Shown one piece after another: positions 1 through 11,890 of a stretch of DNA of 64,000 nt. The translations under genes were made by a program, and so were the position numbers. Within the stretch, counting starts at the first letter, position 1; each line of letters starts with the position of its first letter. The stretch is from Ostrea edulis (lineage: Eukaryota), in assembly GCF_947568905.1 (NCBI RefSeq), contig NC_079170.1:27094001-27158000 (forward strand), read 5' to 3'. Below the pieces are notes generated by a model. The model was not told the DNA's origin and searched no databases. It saw only the letters and a list, made by a program, of their open reading frames with translations.

Positions 1-420
1 GCACCGAGATTCGGTGAAAGTGTCAGTCCAAATATTCAGACGAACCGAATCTCATCCGATATTGCATTCGCGGTAGATTAGATTGAAGACTACCGCTTCA
101 AAAACGATAACGTCGAGTTTGATTCTCGATCCTGACGCTGCGTCAAACATTAGAAGTACACCAAAGGTACTGACTGCTCATTCACCAAACGCCTGGTATT
201 ACAAGGGAAACTCGTTTTATCTTTCGGGGTTTAGGATATGAGTTTTCAAACGGAAGTCAAGTGTAAAGGTAGGCGTTCGCATGATGAAGAACTACCGCTT
301 CTGCGGCCCAACCCCAACCCCCTCCCCCTTACATAGGTCAAAATTTGTGGCACTTCACTTAGAGTTGGTGACGACTCTCCGTCAGTGAAACATGCTGAAG
401 GTGAAGTAAAACAACATAAA

Positions 421-1041
421 GCAAACAAGCAAACATATTTATACATCAGCAAACAAGCACACATACTAACACTTCAGCAAGCAAGAACAAATATTTACAC
501 ATCAGCAAACAAGCATAAATATTTACACATCAGCAAACAAGCACGCATATATACACATCAGCAAACAAGCACAAATATTTACATATCAGCCAGCAAGCAC
601 AAATATATACACATCAGCAAACAAGTACACGTATTTCCACATCAAACAAACACAAATATTTACACATCAACAAACGTACAGAAATATCTACACATCAGCA
701 AACAAGAACACATATTTCCACATTTTCAAACAAGCACAAATATTTACACATCAGCAAACAAGCACAAATATTTATACACCAAGAAACAAGCACACACATT
801 TTTACATCAGCAAACAAGCACAGATATTTACACATCAGCAAACAAGCACAAACATTTACACATCAGCAAACAAAAACAAATATCTACACATCAGCAAACA
901 AGCACAAATATTTACACATCAGCCAGCAAGCACAAATATTTACATATTAGAAAACAAGCACAAATATTTACACATCAGCAAACAAGCACACATATTTACA
1001 CATCAGCAAACAAACACAAATATTTACACATCAGCAAACAA
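421..1041 (+). repeat. 28-bp minisatellite (~22 copies, consensus ATATTTACACATCAGCAAACAAGCACAA)
   Basis: Tandem unit read directly; explains the 28-aa periodicity of ORF 385..1086. Confidence 0.95.
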
Positions 1042-1458
1042 TGTAAAGACATAACATGCTCGATAAAACATTACGATTTACAGTAACAAAACAGATATGA
1101 GATATACTGAAAGCATGAGAATATATTCACTGACTTGTAACATAATAACAATTGAAGAAGGAAGATGCTTATGAAAAAGAGCAGATAAGAAATGGATAAC
1201 AGAAGCCTACTTTATTCTACACGAGTAAACGAATGGATCGTAAAAACAAAACTTACCAAAGTTATGAAAGGATGAATTTAGGTTCAGGATGGATGATGCA
1301 ATTGATGCCACATCTTTGGTGCTTTTTGTGACAGTCCTATTCACTCCAAAAATAGAGTTATTAACATATTCTGTAAAAAGATAAATCCCTTAATAATTCT
1401 ACGTAACATGTATACTATCTTATGAAAGCGTCTGATAATGCTAAATTACTTGAGCTAT

Positions 1459-1667
1459 ATTCACGGTTCTTCGGATGAGAGCGCAAAAACCGAGGTCTCG
1501 TGTCACAGCAGGTGTGGTACGATAAAGATCCCTCCCCTGCTCAAAAGCCGTAATCGCCGAGCATGGACCTAATTTTTGCAGTCCCTCATCGAAAATGGTG
1601 ACGTCTCCATATGAGTGAAAAAAATCTCGAGTTAGACGTTAATCAATACACAATCCATCAACCAATT
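1459..1667 (+). mobile_element. 5'-truncated tRNA-derived SINE (Meta-type central domain plus 3' tail)
   Basis: AAAACCGAGGTCTCGTGTCACAGCAGGTGTGGTACGATAAAGATCCC and GGTGACGTCTCCATATGAGTGAAA match the reverse complement of the complete SINE at 41366-41704. Confidence 0.7.
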
Positions 1668-1669
1668 TG

Positions 1670-2160
1670 ATATATCTTAGTGAACTCGAAATATAAGACA
1701 CCACAGTCTTCCATATCTCTTCATATTTTGATGTTTTACTGAACATCGACATTAATGGCAAACTAACAATTTAGCTTTATAACAGACTTCAGCTTCTACA
1801 TTGTCAACTTCCCATAGTTGTGTAGTAATTTCCCGCTATCATCTGATTATAGTGTACAGATGTATGTTGCAAATAATTTAACACCCAAGAGCACGAATTG
1901 TGTGCATGACAATATATACAGACTGTTGGAAGACTTATTTTCCAAAGACTACATAAATATTGTCAATTAGTAACTCCCGTTTACCTTATCAGGATATACA
2001 ATTGTAGGGCTCACGACGGGTGTGACTGGTCGACAGGGGATGTCTACTCCCCTTAAGCACCTGATGTGGTGTGTCCAGGGGTCCGTGTTTCCTAACTATG
2101 TAGTTTGTATTGCTTATAGGAGTTATGAGATTGATCACTGTTTGTTATCTTCACCTTTCA
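1670..2160 (+). mobile_element. Penelope-like (Naiad-type) RT fragment plus 3' pseudo-LTR fragment
   Basis: Decayed ELEIKDTT..SYFDVLLNIDINGKL..VNFP, then the recurrent GGTGTGACTGGTCGACAGGGGATG...GATCACTGTT..TTATCTTCACCTTTCA end. Confidence 0.75.
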
Positions 2161-2261
2161 TTGTATGTATTAATCAGTTAGAAATATCCAATGATATTTT
2201 ATCTAATGAATTTTATTAAATTTGATTTAGTGACCGATTATATTTACATACAAATGTATAT

Positions 2262-2350
2262 TTCCGGTCGAGATAACTCAATGGTAGAATGTTCACATTG
2301 TACAAAATGTAACAGGGAATCGTGAGTTCAAGCCCCGCACGTGCCATGGT
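2262..2350 (+). mobile_element. Degraded tRNA-like SINE head
   Basis: A-box-like TAACTCAATGG and B-box-like GTTCAAGCC, followed by GCACGTGCCATGG as in the SINE head at 41640-41704. Confidence 0.5.
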
Positions 2351-3121
2351 CGCCTCAAGCCCATTGTCCTATTCGCTTACTGTCATCTTCCCCTTAGCGG
2401 ATTTAGTCCTATCTAATAAGCGTTCAAATTAAAGTGCCCTGGGTTTCCAGGGCATCCAATTAAAACGCGTATTTTAAACCAAGACTACACAGTTTTTTTC
2501 TCTCATTATAGATACCAGTAGCGCAATAACAACAATTGCAATGGTGGAAATTTAAAACGACTAATACACTTTCGTAAAACATTGATTTGTTACCGCTACT
2601 GGTTTTACTGTCAATGAACACATTGCGTCTTGCGCACACAACTTGTGATCCTTTATCTGATTATCTCTTTAAACATTCCATATTAAAACACCCCCGTGTG
2701 TCCTTCCTTTCGAGTTCATCCTTTTTCGTTGTATACGTGTTTATTTTAAACATTCACACTGTCTGTTGTGTAACGTTTACTCCGATTGATTGACGATTCT
2801 ACTGGCAAAGAGCAACAACTCCTGAAATCCGCTGGCGGGCAATAATGATACATGTAAATATGTAATTAGGACCAAATCCACCAAGTGGGAGATGAGAGTA
2901 AGAAATCGGACACTTGGCTTGCAAAGATGACACAAGTAGTGATATATTATAAAATTGCAAAAACAGATGATAAGTGATAAATTGGATTGAGTTTAAAAGG
3001 ATTTTTTTTTAGATTATTCTATGTAATATTTGAAAGTTGAGTCATTTATCCCATTATTAGTTTGTCACTGCAAGTTTCACTATTCATTTTTCTATTTTAT
3101 CAACACACATTTATACGTTAT

Positions 3122-3415
3122 ACGGGTGTTCGGGTAGCGCAGAGGTAGCGTTCTCGCTTCTCACCGCTGTGACCCGAGTTCGATCCCCGTGATCGGCAGT
3201 GGTTGTATGTGAGAGGGTATGGTGGTCGCCCGCTCGGACACGTGGGTTTCCTCCGGGTACTCCGGTTTCCTCCCACATAAATGACCCCCTAGCGCAAACA
3301 TCCGTGCATCAACGGACCCCATTGGAAATAAGCTTTCGAGCTTTCATGGGTTATCGTTGGTATTTATGTATGTATGTTTGTATGCATGTATATACGGAAT
3401 AAATATTTATTTCAT
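3122..3415 (+). mobile_element. Full-length V-SINE-type tRNA-derived SINE
   Basis: A box TAGCGCAGAGG (3135), B box GAGTTCGATCC (3176), V-domain core GTGGGTTTCCTCCGGGTACTCCGGTTTCCTCCCA (3242-3275), simple-repeat tail. Confidence 0.8.
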
Positions 3416-3481
3416 TTCTATTCTTTCTTTGGTGTATTGAAGTATATAGATATATATATGTAATGGTTTGACAATAGTTTG

Positions 3482-3656
3482 ACATGTAATCCGCTGGAAA
3501 AGTGTTTAGCTAGTTTTGTAGTGTAGCTTTAGTGCTTATTGTTAATTATATTTGTCTTTTCTCCATAATGTAATCCTTTCATGTCCTGACGAAGGGACAG
3601 GTTGTCTCGAAAATTTGACAATTCCAATTGTTCATGTCGTTGGTCATTCTAGTGCT
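3482..3656 (+). repeat. 175-bp direct repeat copy 1 (Penelope-type pseudo-LTR with hammerhead motif)
   Basis: Near-identical to 4188-4362 (offset 706); both end at AGTGCT and run into TA-rich sequence. Confidence 0.85.
3583..3619 (+). ncRNA. Minimal type I hammerhead ribozyme motif (family B)
   Basis: GUC-CUGACGA-A-GGGAC(AGGUU)GUCUC-GAAA-AUUU-GAC: core boxes, stem II, palindromic AAUU stem III, 3-bp stem I. Confidence 0.6.
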
Positions 3657-3741
3657 TTATATAATTATTTTCCCTGACCATTGTATCTATTTAATATAGA
3701 TCCGACAGTTTTGGATACTGAATGTTGTTGGTTCTTCAGTG

Positions 3742-3799
<58 letters not shown>

Positions 3800-4187
3800 G
3801 CAGTTATCTTAACTTTATTTCTCTTAAGATATCTGCGTACCGCCTCATATTACCAACGATACATCACCTTGCTTCACCAACTGGATGCATAGCAGTACCA
3901 GCACTGCCAACGTCGTTGGCACTCATCATCAACAAGTTCCATTTTTAGTTTTTTACAAGTAACCAATAGCTTAGACATTACGCCAATTTCATTTACTATT
4001 ATCTAAAATTTTGATTTTCAATAGTTTGATCTAGGGGAGAATACCACGATGTACGAATTAACTGTTTCACCTTTTGATCGGCCAAGTTAGTTCTTCCATT
4101 AATTAATTTCACACTTTACCGACTGATACCACGGTGACCAGACACCCTGATTGTTATTCTTTTTTTGAGTCAATAACAAAGCCTGCA

Positions 4188-4362
4188 ACATGTAATCCGC
4201 TGGAAAAGTGTTTAGCTAGTTTTGTAGTGTAGCTTTAGTGCTTATTGTTAATTATATTTGTCTTTTCTCCATAATGTAATCCTTTCACGTCCTGACGAAG
4301 GGACAGGTTGTCCCGAAAATTTGACAATTCCAATTGTTCATGTCGTTGGTCATTCTAGTGCT
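4188..4362 (+). repeat. 175-bp direct repeat copy 2 (Penelope-type pseudo-LTR with hammerhead motif)
   Basis: Near-identical to 3482-3656; followed by (TA)n. Confidence 0.85.
4289..4325 (+). ncRNA. Minimal type I hammerhead ribozyme motif (family B)
   Basis: GUC-CUGACGA-A-GGGAC(AGGUU)GUCCC-GAAA-AUUU-GAC with perfect 5-bp stem II. Confidence 0.65.
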
Positions 4363-4385
4363 ATATATATATATATATATATATA

Positions 4386-5257
4386 CAGCGGGGTTAAGGT
4401 GTCCCGAGTAAAATAACAAGTAATAACAGCATATTTATATAAAAGTAAAATTCTTTCAAGCGTCGCATATTTTTGTCAATACATAAACAAACATCGCATC
4501 ACGTGGGGAAATCCTGTGCTTAACTATTACGTCGTCATACAAGTGACGTAGAGATATTTTTATCCGCTAAACCTTTAGTTGTTTATCACCTAGGTACAGG
4601 TGAAAGATGCACTCAAATCATTTACAGTTTGTGCTTGATATGTCGACATTGATATGGTAAATTTAAAGAGTGATACGGATCGGTACAATATCCTCTCAAA
4701 TATAGCAATTTCCATTATCCCAACTGAAATTTTGGGCATTTTCCACATTCACATCCAAATCGTATCTAAACGAGGCAAAATATTGTACCTTCCATATCAA
4801 AATCGTAAATCTGCAATTAGTTACCTTTCTGAATATGCCTTGATCGAAATAAAATATCGTCATCTTTCACCTGTACCGAGTCGATATGTACATGCGTTGG
4901 TTTTCTTTATTCCAAATGACTATACACATTGGGGGCGATATCAAGGTCACAAAGTGATGTAAAGATTACTTTACAGTCTTTCGTGTACATACAATATATA
5001 AAAATATGAGACTTATATATTATCGAAGAAAACTGGGGAAAAAATCATATGATAAACCAATTTAAACACATACAGCTTGAACACTATATAACGGCAATAA
5101 ATAGCGAGAAAATATTATCACATTTTCCCCGCGATACAACTATAGACCTGTACGTCGTGACGCACTTTTATATTGTGACGTCATATAGTATGAAGTGCAC
5201 CGAGGTACATTTTATGATGTTTGTTTTAACTTTACTCGGGACACCTTAACCCTTCTG
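4386..5257. mobile_element. Non-autonomous TIR DNA transposon inserted in (TA)n
   Basis: GGGTTAAGGTGTCCCGAGTAAA at 4391 is inverted as TTTACTCGGGACACCTTAACCC at 5231-5252; no transposase. Ends fit either TA or TTAA targeting. Confidence 0.75.
4597..4873. mobile_element. Nested 277-bp MITE with TA target duplication
   Basis: TA-CAGGTGAAAGATG ... CATCTTTCACCTG-TA perfect TIRs inside the 4386-5257 element. Confidence 0.65.
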
Positions 5258-5360
5258 CGTATATATATAAAAGCACAAAATCCCAACAACAACTTACTTT
5301 CGTAATGTTGTTTATCGATACTTGTCGTTTTTGCGTGTTATTTGTTTATGTAATATATGT

Positions 5361-5397
5361 CTCTTAATAAAGACGAGGGTTGCGTCGAAAATTTGAG
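5361..5397 (+). other. Degenerate hammerhead-like motif of a related Penelope-type terminus
   Basis: CUC-UUAAUAA-A-GACG(AGGGUUG)CGUC-GAAA-AUUU-GAG: stems I-III in place but CUGANGA box mutated; followed by AGTGCT(TA)n. Confidence 0.45.
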
Positions 5398-5433
5398 TTT
5401 TAAATAACCAACAGTGTCGTGGCCTTTTCAGTG

Positions 5434-5475
<42 letters not shown>

Positions 5476-6540
5476 CTTACAGACTGAATCATTTGTGAAG
5501 GATGTAACAAGTGAATAAGGGGAATGATGGTCCATTTTTAAATGTGTAATCTTTCATCTTTGAGTGACTAAACTATGTAGCATGATTTTCGTAATTTTAA
5601 CACTAGTAATGAATTTAAAAATCAATTAATTCCTTTCATCATCAAATAGGTCTAATAGAAATATAAAACCTTCATGAACGCACTTTTCCAGAAATATGTG
5701 CAGGTATTTAATCTAAAGTTTGTTTTGAATTCACCAATTGCAATCGATTATTACTTTGTCTATCATAGTGCTTTTTACCCAACTTTCCTAATCTTTCATC
5801 CTGAAATCCCGATCCGTTTTCTATGAGTACATGTGCAATGCAAATATAGTCCTTCACCCAAATTTCGTCACAGCTTAATATTTATCTTGTAATTGTAAAA
5901 CTTTAATCCATGATGTATATGAGTTAGATTACTTCGAATTAATTTGATTTCAGTGCTAAAATCAATCGCTTTTAATAAGAGTGAGACTCTATAAATACTA
6001 CTATTAGGACATTCAGATACTACTTTAATTTGATTTCGAAAGGTACGTCATGTCGGACAACTTACTTAAAAAGGAAACTTTATCCCAAAAAGTAAATTCC
6101 TAAACCCAATTAGTTTACTTTTCGTTTTGATTAATGGGGAACTTATTTTGATGATATCTGACTTCCAAATCCGCACCATTTCCGTTTTATCTTTAAAACT
6201 TACAAAGTTAGTTCTCTCTCTCTCTGCCCTTCATTCATTTTGGTGAGCCATAAAGAATAATGAAAGCATCATCTTCATATCGAAATGGTTTACATTCTTC
6301 ACCAGATAAAAGCATGTATACCTAAATTCCAAATCAAATTTCCACAAACTGTACACATAGCAACACTATAAAGGATGATATTGGATGACCTTGTCTGTAC
6401 CCTCTTAAAGGACATAGGTAATCTCTTATGAATCCATTTTGGATCAAACATTTCTTTAAACACTTACTAATGCAGTGGCTCCAGTGTGCAATTCTTCAAC
6501 AACTTTTAAGTAGTTACAAAATGGTTTCTGAAATACTTAC

Positions 6541-7258
6541 CAATGATGTTTCTGTGTACCATATCCATTTGAAAGGAAACATTCTGATACATGTCTGAAA
6601 CGACACTTGACAAAGACCCATCTAAATTCGAAATGTTCAATTGCAACTCAAAAAGAGACAGTGCAATGTAACGATTCTGAGTATTCAATCTGTCAATCAT
6701 ATTTGAAACATTTGATAATTTATCTCGTTCGATTGCTTCATCTATTTTCACCTGTTGCAATATCGATGATTTGACCAAATCTATTCTGTCAACTATCGAG
6801 GACAAGTTCCATTTGTTGTCTTCACAGCAATCTGATAAAACGGTAATATTTTTCTGTGAAAATTCAACTTCCTGCTTCAATACATTTGTTGTTTGCATAC
6901 ACGTTTGCAAATCCTTCCGTAGCCCGGCAACAATGGTGCTTTGTTGCTGAAATGTTCGGTTTAAATTGTAATTTTCTTGTTTTAATACGTCTATCTCCGC
7001 TCTTTGCTTTTGAAGTTCTTGTTCAAAGTAAGAGTTTTTGATTTCCAAGACGGACACTTTTTGAATAAGTGATCGTGTTGATTTCTCGAGTTCCAAAAAT
7101 TCCTGAGTCAATAATTGATGTAGAGTATTCGTGTCTGAATTCGTTCGGTCCGTTGAAGAAGAGGGTGTAATGGTGGTGAACGTGTGGTGCCCATTGAGGA
7201 GTCCATTTACAAAATGAAATTGTAGATTGAATGCGAGGAAAACTATGCCGAAAAGCAT
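6541..7258 (-). CDS. First coding exon of a secreted protein: signal peptide plus long coiled coil (C1qDC/FReD-type N-terminus; downstream domain not in view)
   Basis: 239 codons + 1 nt; hydrophobic N-terminus MLFGIVFLAFNLQFHFVNG; heptad-rich body; ends ATCATTG|GTAAGT (phase-1 donor at 6540). Confidence 0.8.
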
Positions 7259-7314
7259 AATGGTCGTTTAGGTCCCCTGATCTTGCATCAAATCTTGTAA
7301 TATGCAGGTCCTTT

Positions 7315-7322
7315 TATTTATA
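7315..7322 (-). promoter_or_regulatory. Putative TATA box (TATAAATA) of the coiled-coil gene
   Basis: TATAAATAAAAGG about 60 nt upstream of ATG 7258. Confidence 0.4.
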
Positions 7323-7450
7323 AATATGTATAATCACAAAACAAATAAACAAGAGATACCGATATTCATCATGGTTAATGGTATACTTTATAATGGGATA
7401 TGTACACGTCACGATATTAATCCAGTCACCGATAAATCTTGACTGCCTAT

Positions 7451-7454
<4 letters not shown>

Positions 7455-7494
<40 letters not shown>
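7455..7494 (+). repeat. (GA)n microsatellite
   Basis: Direct read; other tracts: (TA)n ~3747-3795, ~4363-4385, ~5436-5473 and (GA)n ~11832-11882. Confidence 0.95.
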
Positions 7495-7497
<3 letters not shown>

Positions 7498-8464
7498 GTA
7501 CATGATGAAAACTTAATCTTTATTACTTTTTATTTCCAGATGTTTTACATTGCGTGGAAACGTATCATAAAGTCATAGTAAGAAATTGATAGCAGTGTCT
7601 CTAAATGACGCTGTAGCTTTTCGCGTACGATGTCTTTGAAAGAAACGTTAAACTTTGTCACAATTTTAGCTATTAATTTAAACTATATAGCGTTGGTTGT
7701 AAAATTTAGATAAAATATTTGTCTTTAGCATTCCATTTCAACCAGCTATTCGAATATAATCTGAAGATATGTAACACATGTACATTAGGATGTTTTTCCT
7801 CATGAATGCAGGTGCTCACTAAATCTAACTTTACGGTATTCTGGGACTTCAAAGCGTCATTTTAGAAACAAATACTGGGCCTCAAAGGATTTCAATCTTT
7901 CCAATACAGATGCCTCTAAATCACAGCATGTATCAACAGATGTCATGTTCGTAGAATTGCAAGACATATTCATTTTTAACGGTGATAGATAAAAGAAGCT
8001 AAGCTTTAAATATGATTTCATAGCCAAATATGTTATGAAGAAGTTCAACTTTCACCGAGATCGTGTCCTGAGGAAATTAATGACAACAACAACGAATGGC
8101 AAATTCGGTCGGACAAACTGGAACCAAGCTAGAAAACTGAATTAGGAAAATGAACAATTATTGAGAGCCAAAGAGGATTACCTTTTAATGACCTATGCAC
8201 AATCAAATGACCTTGAACTGAATGGAAATGTAATTTGATTCATTTCTATTTCATTGTGGATCTGGAATTCATTTGAACATTTCCATTCTGTACAACAGTG
8301 TTGGAGCCTTACCTGCCTTCAATCGGACTATTGTTTAATGCTACAATGACAACGTTACTTTCTTGTTTTCATAGGATGTTGCATCCAAAATAGTCGGAAC
8401 ACGAAAATATTTTTAATAAACATATGAACAGGATCACCACAGGTATATCGTACATGTAACAGCA

Positions 8465-8752
8465 CAATACCCATCTTTCAGGTTATGTCAATAAAATTTA
8501 TTTTGATCTCGTCTTCTCCATATAACGTATCACAACTCAATACCCATCTTTCAGGTTATGTCAATAAAACTTATTTCAATCGTATCTCCTCAAGATAACT
8601 TATCGCAACTCGATACCGATCTTTCAGGACTTATTTTGATCTCGTCTCCTAAAGACAACTGATCACAATTCGATATCTATCTTTCAGGTTATGTCAATAA
8701 AACTTATTTTGATCTTGTCTTCTCAAGATAACTTATCAGAATTCGATAGCCA
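8465..8752 (+). repeat. ~73-bp minisatellite, ~4 copies
   Basis: ATACCCATCTTTCAGGTTATGTCAATAAAA recurs at 8467 and 8540, with degenerate copies after. Confidence 0.85.
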
Positions 8753-9420
8753 TTATGTTCTACTTTAAGGTGACTCACCACACATGGATCAAATAATCAC
8801 GAAAAGCTTTCATCATGAAAGATATTATGTAATAAGTACATACATGTAAGTCGATAAGGCAAACTATGCAATTTCGGAGAGGAAAAACATGATTTTCAAA
8901 ACATAACACAAAAGATACTAGCAGATTTAAACTCGGGGTCTGCGGATCAGTAACCCTATACCTTTTTATCTTTTTGTAACCTGATACATATACCTTGTAC
9001 ATGTAGCTCCGTAGATACGCAAATATACAATGGCAATAAAATGATTGATAACGTAATTTCAAAAAACACTTGAATCTTCATCTTGTGGCATATTATCATA
9101 TCATTGATGTAGTTAGTTACAATAATTAACACTCCTATTCGGATCGAAATTTTACCACTTTTGATACAGTATAAATTCCGATGTTTACTAATGAAATCTG
9201 ATCACGTTGAACATTCCGAAATTTCCATGCCTTTTCTTTAGACATGGCTAAAACTATATCAGTATCGAGGATTTCCAGTATTGATGTAAATTTTGTGTCA
9301 TTAGAAATTATGGATATAGCATTTTATTCCAACTTTCTTTACAATGTGTTACAACTAGAAATAGTATTAGAAGAGTTACTGTTCTTGGATTAGCACACTT
9401 ATAAATGTAATTGGGTGTAT

Positions 9421-9550
9421 TGATTGATTGACTATTGTTTAACGTCCCCCTCGGTTTTAGCGGTCTTATCCGCAGGACTGCTCCATTCAATCGTCCCTTA
9501 CGACAAGCAAGGGGTACTGAGGACCTATTCTACCCCGGATCCCCACGAGA
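9421..9550 (-). mobile_element. SINE 3' tail fragment
   Basis: (TGAT)n tail, TTTAACGTCCC and CGACAAGCAAGGGGTACTGAGGACCTATTCT, recognised from oyster SINEs. Confidence 0.5.
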
Positions 9551-11223
9551 TTTACTTGAAGGGGGAAATGCATCATCGTAAAAATAATGTTGCATGGGGA
9601 CTGTGCTAAACTTCGCAAACACTTGATTATCATATACAATCTATAATTATTACGCAGAAAATTGTGGTTCATTTTGACTGAGGTATTTTCGATACAGTGA
9701 ATGCAAATGTCATACGATAAGCAAAGAATAAGCATATAATATTCTTTTAATATTCCGTATTCGGCATTTTCTAATTAGAAAGATGATGTCACCTCATCAG
9801 ATTATATATAACGATGTAAATTTATTTCATGAAGAATATCATGAAGCCTAATTTTCATTTTAGTGAGAAGACCCATGGGTGGCAGGGGTGGTGGAGTAGA
9901 TTGCATATTATCTAAATATATTTTATTATAATGAAAATATTTCTATAACTAAAATGCTTGTAACTGAGGCATAAAACACACTTAAGGAAGTTGTAATGGA
10001 TGCAAATTACCAGACATGTTTGTCTATGATAATCTCATGGTAATTAAAACTACATTTAATAACTTTTAAAGTGATGACTTTATCATAATGAATATTTCAG
10101 TGTAAATGAAATTACACATGCTATAAATGAAAATGATATAGTTTGATTATCTTTGCATTTAGTTGATAAAGAAAAATGATGGAGCGATAAACATTATTGA
10201 GTAAACACGGCAAGCCGACAGTAATTACGGAGATTTGCAGGTTTATCGATAGATAATGCACAGATGCTAGAAATAACTTGTGTACGTGGTCAGTGGGTAA
10301 GAATACATGATATCACTGGGGTCAGTTTAGAAATAAGTAGCTTCTCACATGGAGCCAGGGAGGTGAGAGTGCTGAATCCCCTTATTAGGATAGGCGTTAT
10401 TTAAGAATAATAATAGGTGGTATAAAAACGCGCGCAAGGCGAAAAGTCGTCAGAATTCCTTCCCTAAATTCTGACGAAGTCTTGCTGTTTTTAGGTAAGA
10501 AGAAGTTGTGTGATTTTGTAGTTTTTAAGATTAACTTGTTGAATCTGCTAAGATAATAGATTCTTTTATTGATTATTTATTTGTTGATGTTTAAGCTTTA
10601 CTTTAATATTTGTAAATATAAAATTGTATTTATTAAATGTGTGTGTGTTAAACATGACGAATTCCTTCGCTAAATTCTGACAAAGTCTTGCTGATTTTAG
10701 ATGCTGAGGACGCTATACACCAAAGTTAACGGGTAGACTTTTCGCATTTGAATTGAGATTGGTTCAGTAGTTATCGCTAAATAAATTAGTTGATAATCCA
10801 TATGGGGAGACTGAACTTGTATTAATTCCTTTGAGCTAAGACCCTGTAACTATAAGGGATACTCCGAATACGGGGAAATCATAAAATCATAACAAAAGAG
10901 AAAGAATTGTTATGATAACTTAACAACGATGCTAATTGGATGGAAAAGTCGTTTGATTTATTAAGTTTAAAAAAAATCATCTGGAATTCCTTTGCACTAA
11001 GCAAACTACGCCCATTGAGGAAACTTTCGTCCAATTTTTCGTTTGATACATGCATCAAATAAAGATTTTTAAGTTTAATTTCTTACTTTACTTGATGAAT
11101 AAACCTTGCATTCTTTATATGATAAAAGGTGAAGATAATGAGCGGTGATCAATATCATAACACCTATAGGCAATACAAAATAGAGAGATGGACAAACACG
11201 TACCCTTGGATGTACCAGAGGTA

Positions 11224-11826
11224 CAGTACGGCCAACGCGGATCCCGTATTTTCTGCGCTCCTCCCCGCGGGATAGAGCTACCGCGGTATATCTCAGGTAA
11301 CCCTGCATATCCCGCGCTCCCCCCGCGGTCCCGCTGTCCTCGCCGCGGTCTTACCTGTAGATGATTAATGCCATCAACAAACGCGAGTTATCTCCCGTTA
11401 ACGTAAAAATAAATACTGATCATCAACTGAAAACAGATCGTTTGTTCAGCAATACTACAAATAAATCAATTGCCATATACATGTGCATGCACCGTTTGTA
11501 AAAACACATTTTACAAAAACTTATCATGTTACCTTTATTGAACCATACATTCAATATAAGGGTAGATTACCATATACCAATGTCGGAAGATGACCATATA
11601 CAAGTGCATATATATACGCTTTATCCGTAAATCGGCAAAGGTAACTTCACGAAAACTGATTATCCCTGTCAGTATCAATCACATATTTGTGGTTTCATAA
11701 ATTGTTTTTCAGGAATTTAATTCTATACAATGTATTTGTACAAATATTTAAAAACAAAACATAACATAAATTTATATCAAAGTAGGGGAAAGAAAACCTT
11801 GCATCAGCAAATTCTAATCTTTATAA

Positions 11827-11890
<64 letters not shown>

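Noticed and set aside
385-1086. 233-aa His/Lys/Gln-rich ORF
   Set aside because: Translation of a stop-free 28-bp minisatellite; the 28-aa period is just three units cycling through frames
3830-3950. Minus-strand KNG...LVKQGDV resembling a C1q C-terminus
   Set aside because: Several stops, no YxFS or FSG motif, no splice signals; likely chance
8465-8752. Repeat arrays (73-bp, 36-bp, 21-bp, 352-bp) as CRISPR
   Set aside because: Whole units repeat with no unique spacers, no cas genes, eukaryotic context
10440-10700. CTGACGA within a short duplicated block (10455-10490, 10660-10700)
   Set aside because: No stem II or GAAA follows, so it is not a hammerhead
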